IMG/VR virus record: IMGVR_UViG_3300028666_000003
Strand: one strand, 5' to 3'
From: an uncultured virus (IMG/VR IMGVR_UViG_3300028666_000003)
Lineage: Duplodnaviria; Heunggongvirae; Uroviricota; Caudoviricetes
DNA length: 20,000 nucleotides
Of the stretch, positions 16,165 to 20,000 are shown piece after piece. Positions within the stretch are counted from its first letter, which is position 1; each line of letters starts with the position of its first letter. Both the position numbers and the translations under genes were made by a program. The notes below the pieces were generated by a model. That model was given only the letters and a program-made list of their open reading frames with translations. It was not told where the DNA came from and made no database searches.

Positions 16165-17301
16165 TTATTTCTTCCCCTTTGCTTTGTGCTTGTTGAGGAC
16201 CGCGTCCAGGTCATCCAGGTCTTCCGCGTCATCGTCGTCTTCCACGGGCTTCTTCTTGGCCTTGGCTTTGACGGGTTCCGGTTCGGGCTTGGACTTCTTC
16301 TTGGGCTTGGGCTCCTCTTCCTCTTCCTCCTCATCTTCGTCTTCGTCCTCTTCCACCACAGGCTTGGCTTTCTTCTTGGCCTTGGGTTTGGGCTCCTCTT
16401 CTTCCTCTTCGTCCTCATCTTCTTCCGGCTCAGGTTTGGCCTTCTTCTTGGCCTTGGCCTTCGGGACCTCTTCCTCCTCATCCTCCTCATCATCCTCTTC
16501 AGGTTCAGGCTTGGACTTGGACTTCACACCCTTCTTGCCCTTCTTGGGCTTTTCGTCCTCATCATCCTCTTCCATGTCCTTGAGGGCATCCCAGCCCTCT
16601 TCCCAGATCAGCATGACCTTCTTGGGTTCACCCTCGAACTGGGTCTTCATCTCGGTGAGGTTGGTGAGTTTCGTATTCTTGGCGGTGGTGCCGATCAGGG
16701 CATTGACAGCATCCTCATCCTCAAACACCGGGGAAGGATTGCGCCGTGCCTTGACACTGTATTCCGTGTCCAGCATCTCCCCGGTCTTTGTGATAACCAG
16801 GTCAGTGCCTTCCTGGGGATCCAGGATGTCACCGTAATCTTCATCCGTGATAAAGCCCAGGATTTCCTTCATGATGGAGATGCCACAGGCCAGGATCTTG
16901 CACTCTTCCTCAGGACGTTTGACAGCGTTCATGAAGAACCGGGCCTTGGGACGCAGGAGACCATACGCCTTGCGGTCATCCTTGTCCTTGGAAGCACGGA
17001 GTTCCTCCAGTTCTGCACAGATGGGGCAGTCCTCTCCATCGGGGTTGCCATGGTTGAGGCAGATCACCGTGGTGCGGGCCTTCTTGCCAACCTGCTTGTT
17101 GTGGTAATAGATCTCCTCATAGAAGCCCTCCATGTCGGGATGGCCAGGGAGGACGCGAACCGTATTCTTGCCCTGCTCCAGTTCGATGTAGTTGCGGTCA
17201 CCACCCCGCTTGCTCTGCTCGTTGAGCTTCTCCAGGGCCTTCTTGTAGTCAGGCTCGTGCTTCTTGGCTGCCTTGGCCTGGACCTTCTCTTTCACTGCCA
17301 T
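16165..17301 (-). CDS. gp32-like single-stranded DNA-binding protein with long charged tail
   Basis: VRVLPG, YYH-x13-C-x10-CPIC Zn ligands (cf. T4 gp32 His64/Cys77/Cys87/Cys90), DPQEGTDLVITK, TEYSV; start at 17301 has AAGGAG SD. Confidence 0.8.
   Translation of the reverse strand: MAVKEKVQAKAAKKHEPDYKKALEKLNEQSKRGGDRNYIELEQGKNTVRVLPGHPDMEGFYEEIYYHNKQVGKKARTTVICLNHGNPDGEDCPICAELEELRASKDKDDRKAYGLLRPKARFFMNAVKRPEEECKILACGISIMKEILGFITDEDYGDILDPQEGTDLVITKTGEMLDTEYSVKARRNPSPVFEDEDAVNALIGTTAKNTKLTNLTEMKTQFEGEPKKVMLIWEEGWDALKDMEEDDEDEKPKKGKKGVKSKSKPEPEEDDEEDEEEEVPKAKAKKKAKPEPEEDEDEEEEEEPKPKAKKKAKPVVEEDEDEDEEEEEEEPKPKKKSKPEPEPVKAKAKKKPVEDDDDAEDLDDLDAVLNKHKAKGKK
16168..16575 (-). repeat. Imperfect tandem coding repeat (about 72-75 nt unit) encoding alternating acidic and Lys/Pro/Ala blocks
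   Basis: KPEPEEDDEEDEEEEVPKAKAKKKA / KPEPEEDEDEEEEEEPKPKAKKKA / KPVVEEDEDEDEEEEEEEPKPKKKS / KPEPEPVKAKAKKK. Confidence 0.85.
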
Positions 17302-17342
17302 GTCTTGCTCCTTGTGAAAAGCCTCCATGCTTGGAGGATGGG

Positions 17343-17906
17343 TTAATCTTCGTTGGACTTCTTGGAAGGATGGGCGCCCATTGACTTGGTTTCATCAGGG
17401 ATGAGCTTACGGATCTTGGCCATCACCGTGACATCCAGGTCTTTGTCATTGAAGGTTGTGTTGTTGGCCCTGGAAGACAAGGCCAGGAGACAGTCCCGGC
17501 GCTGCTCAAAAGCCCTCACCACAGTCTGAAGCAGGTCCAGATGGTGCTTGGCCTCTGCCAACTCTTCCTGGGTGGCTTGGTAATCCCCATCATTCTTGAT
17601 TGCAGCGATGAGGCCGGTTTCGGTGATCTTGCCCCCTCCAGGGAGTTCACCCTCACCCCTGATGGTCTGGTCCAACTTGGCCTCCATCTGCTTGAGCTCC
17701 AGAGTGATGCCATCCACCTTGGCAGAAGCCATGTCCCTCACGGATGCGTAGAAAGCAAATCGACTGGCCTGTTCCTGGAGATTGTCTCCAATGGTGGAGG
17801 GGTGGATGGCAAGATCCTCTCCTGGATGCATGAGGAAGGACTTGCCAAACATTCGGATCTTGAGATTATTCAACACGCCGGTTTCAGACAACAACGTAGG
17901 TTCCAT
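17343..17906 (-). CDS. UvsY-like recombination mediator (putative)
   Basis: Helical protein with DL.I....I...L..Q, KITE, AFEQRRDCL patterns; lies next to the SSB and near RecA; AAGGAG SD. Confidence 0.5.
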   Translation of the reverse strand: MEPTLLSETGVLNNLKIRMFGKSFLMHPGEDLAIHPSTIGDNLQEQASRFAFYASVRDMASAKVDGITLELKQMEAKLDQTIRGEGELPGGGKITETGLIAAIKNDGDYQATQEELAEAKHHLDLLQTVVRAFEQRRDCLLALSSRANNTTFNDKDLDVTVMAKIRKLIPDETKSMGAHPSKKSNED

Positions 17907-17937
17907 TTGATTCTCCTTCTACCTTAAAGAACGTGGA

Positions 17938-20000
17938 TTAGCGAGGAAAAGTTTCCACAAGTTTAAGCAATTCCTCTTCTGACTTCACCTTGGTAAGTTC
18001 GCCCCAATTCAATCCCACATCAGCATCTGCAGCCATGGGAATACCGTTGAGCCACTCGCTGTGAATGGGGTGCTCCATGATCTTCTTGATCATGCGATAA
18101 GCCTTGATGGCTTCAGGAATCCAGATCAAGTTTACAATCGAGTCATGCACCGTCACGATAATCCTGGATCTCATGTTATGGCTCAGGAAGTAGTGGTTGA
18201 TCCGCACAATGGCCTGAAGAGTGCAGTCAGAAGCGGTGCACTGGATGGGAGAGTTCACACCCTGACGTTCAGCCTTGGCTACAATATCCTGCTCAGGGGA
18301 GAATACAGAAGCCAGTCTGCGCTTGCGGCCATAAGGAGACATCACAAAGCCGTTCTCTCGCACCCGAGCCTTGGTCTGGTTGATCCACTTCTTCACTCTT
18401 GGGAGTTTCTTGAAATATATGCGAATGAACTCCTTGGCCTCTTCCAGAGAGCAACCGATGGTCTTGGCCAGTTTAGCAGCACCCTGGCCATAAATAAGGC
18501 CAAAGTTAATAGTCTTCGCTGCATGCCGTTGCTGCTCCGTGACTTCGTCCTGAGTGATACCGTAAGCCTCAGAAGCCACACGTTTATGAATGTCCTCACC
18601 ATTGGCAAAAGCCTCCCGCATGGTGGGTTCATCAGCTAACGCAGCCATCACCCTGAGTTCAGCCTGACTGTAGTCAAACTGCAATATGAAAAAGCCGAAT
18701 AGTGCATAGAACAGTTTCTTGATGGAGGGTAGTGGGATGCCCACTAGGAATCCATCCTCCTTGGGATTCTTGGGAATCTGCTGGAGATTGGGATCTGAAC
18801 AGGACAATCGACCTGGGGCAGTTCCAAACACCTTGTAACTACACCTGATGCGGCCATCCGCATCAATCTTCTCATCCAGGTGTTCCACGAACATAGAATA
18901 CAGTGTCTTGATCTTAATGAACTGCCCCAAAGCCTGGATGATAGGATGCTTATCCATCTCATACAAGTTCTTGAGCACTTCCTTGTCAGTACTCCAACCT
19001 CCACCCTTGGATTTCTTGGTAGGAGTCATTCCCAGGACTCCGAACAACAAGAGTTTATTCTGGGCAGGAGACTTGGGGTTGAATGGGATTGGAGCAACTA
19101 TAATAGGCTTAGTCTTGGCAGTCTCAATGTCTTTTTCCAGGCGTAGGAGCAGTTTGTCAGCTTTGATTGGGTCTGTGTTTGCCAGTTCGTCTATGGCCTC
19201 TGCTCGGGCCTTTAGCCGGTCAACCCGTTCCTGTAGTTTCTTGTCTCTTGCTCGTTTACGCAGAATCCGTTCTACCTTGAGGACTTCAGGAAACTCCCTG
19301 AGCCTGTCAAGAATGCTGTTCAGAAGGTCAGGGTAAACCTTCTGGCAATGCCTGAGCCACTCGATGTCTACTGGAGCCCCAGTACCTTCAACGAAAGCGA
19401 GAGCATTAGTGGATGGCATGACGATATTCTCAAAGAGCCAAGAAAACTCCTCGTCAATCCTGGGCTTGAAGATATTGTAAAGCCTGAACGTGCAATCAGC
19501 ATCACAGCAGGCATACCACCAGAGGATGGATAATGGAATATTGCCGTAGTGGCCCCCACGGTCGGGATCAGCTTCAGGATGAGTCTGTTTGTATTCATCC
19601 AGGGCATCATCGTAGCCTCCCATGTCTGTAAATTCCCAGGCCAGGACTTTCAAACCATGGGTGCCCTGCTCTTCAGAAATTGCGATGTAATGAGCCAGGA
19701 GTGTGTCGAAGTCATTGGTGACTTCCCACCCTAGCACCTTCCTGATATATTTGGTATCGAATTGCCCATTGTGAGGGATCTTGGTGACCCCATCTGCTGA
19801 GCCACGCTGGAGTAGCTTTTCTGTCCAATGCAGGATGTATTCCCGCTGTTTCCTGGTCCAAGGGGATTCGTCGTGATCCAGGACTAGGCACCATGCTGTG
19901 CGTTCCTTGCACGAGAATGTGAAGCATAGAACCTTGTGTTCCCAATCCAGTTTCTTGTAGGCATTCAGACTGGTGGACTCGATGTCGAAACTGAAGGCAG
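17938..20000 (-). CDS. polA: Family A DNA polymerase with 3'-5' exonuclease domain (5' end outside window)
   Basis: Frame stays open to the window edge: ExoI FDIEST, ExoII HNGQFD, ExoIII YACCDAD; GRLSCSDPNLQQIP, motif A DYSQAELRV, motif B RHAAKTINFGLIYG, motif C VHDS. Confidence 0.95.
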   Translation of the reverse strand, partial: AFSFDIESTSLNAYKKLDWEHKVLCFTFSCKERTAWCLVLDHDESPWTRKQREYILHWTEKLLQRGSADGVTKIPHNGQFDTKYIRKVLGWEVTNDFDTLLAHYIAISEEQGTHGLKVLAWEFTDMGGYDDALDEYKQTHPEADPDRGGHYGNIPLSILWWYACCDADCTFRLYNIFKPRIDEEFSWLFENIVMPSTNALAFVEGTGAPVDIEWLRHCQKVYPDLLNSILDRLREFPEVLKVERILRKRARDKKLQERVDRLKARAEAIDELANTDPIKADKLLLRLEKDIETAKTKPIIVAPIPFNPKSPAQNKLLLFGVLGMTPTKKSKGGGWSTDKEVLKNLYEMDKHPIIQALGQFIKIKTLYSMFVEHLDEKIDADGRIRCSYKVFGTAPGRLSCSDPNLQQIPKNPKEDGFLVGIPLPSIKKLFYALFGFFILQFDYSQAELRVMAALADEPTMREAFANGEDIHKRVASEAYGITQDEVTEQQRHAAKTINFGLIYGQGAAKLAKTIGCSLEEAKEFIRIYFKKLPRVKKWINQTKARVRENGFVMSPYGRKRRLASVFSPEQDIVAKAERQGVNSPIQCTASDCTLQAIVRINHYFLSHNMRSRIIVTVHDSIVNLIWIPEAIKAYRMIKKIMEHPIHSEWLNGIPMAADADVGLNWGELTKVKSEEELLKLVETFPR

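Noticed and set aside
15803..17346. Long plus-strand ORFs (344 and 403 aa) and the alternative-frame Arg-rich ORF 16146-16493
   Set aside because: These are shadows of the low-complexity SSB tail and of biased codon usage; they give poly-Ser/Leu/Phe or poly-Arg with no motifs
192..19734. Other plus-strand ORFs in the track
   Set aside because: All overlap better-supported minus-strand genes that have SD sites and coupling
17938..19737. PolA starting at 19737 as in the ORF track
   Set aside because: The frame is open to the window edge and contains the ExoI/ExoII motifs upstream, so the true start lies outside the window
1..20000. Stop-codon reassignment, introns or inteins
   Set aside because: Conserved enzymes are full length under the standard code, TAA/TAG/TGA all end genes at sensible places, and no intein or homing-endonuclease motifs were seen

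Overview
A 20-kb piece of a large dsDNA phage genome (tailed-phage-like; host not identifiable from sequence). All credible genes lie on the minus strand, many with ATGA/TGATG overlaps and GGAG(G) Shine-Dalgarno (SD) sites. The right part (about 8.6-20 kb) is a tightly packed replication/recombination operon. In order it encodes: a family A DNA polymerase (5'-truncated by the window), a UvsY-like mediator, a gp32-like SSB with a long alternating acidic/basic repeat tail, dUTPase, RecA/UvsX, a 5'-3' flap exonuclease, an ATP-dependent DNA ligase with a KxNG motif, a MazG-like protein, a stand-alone class II RNR C-terminal (TSCPD-like) domain, a single-chain Mre11-Rad50 (SbcD-SbcC) fusion and an unannotated 49-aa Cys-rich ORF. 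The left part (1-8.6 kb) is an early/accessory region of small hypothetical genes, a UvrD-like SF1 helicase and a DUF2786-type protein. It is cut into modules by seven related intergenic elements of about 50 bp. Each has a sigma70-like -10 hexamer, a fixed YTG 17 bp upstream of it, a degenerate -35 and, in most copies, a CAA-N9-TTG dyad/stem-loop centred on the -35 position. This repeated promoter-hairpin cassette system and the SbcDC fusion are the most notable features. All functional calls come from motif recognition only; no searches were run.
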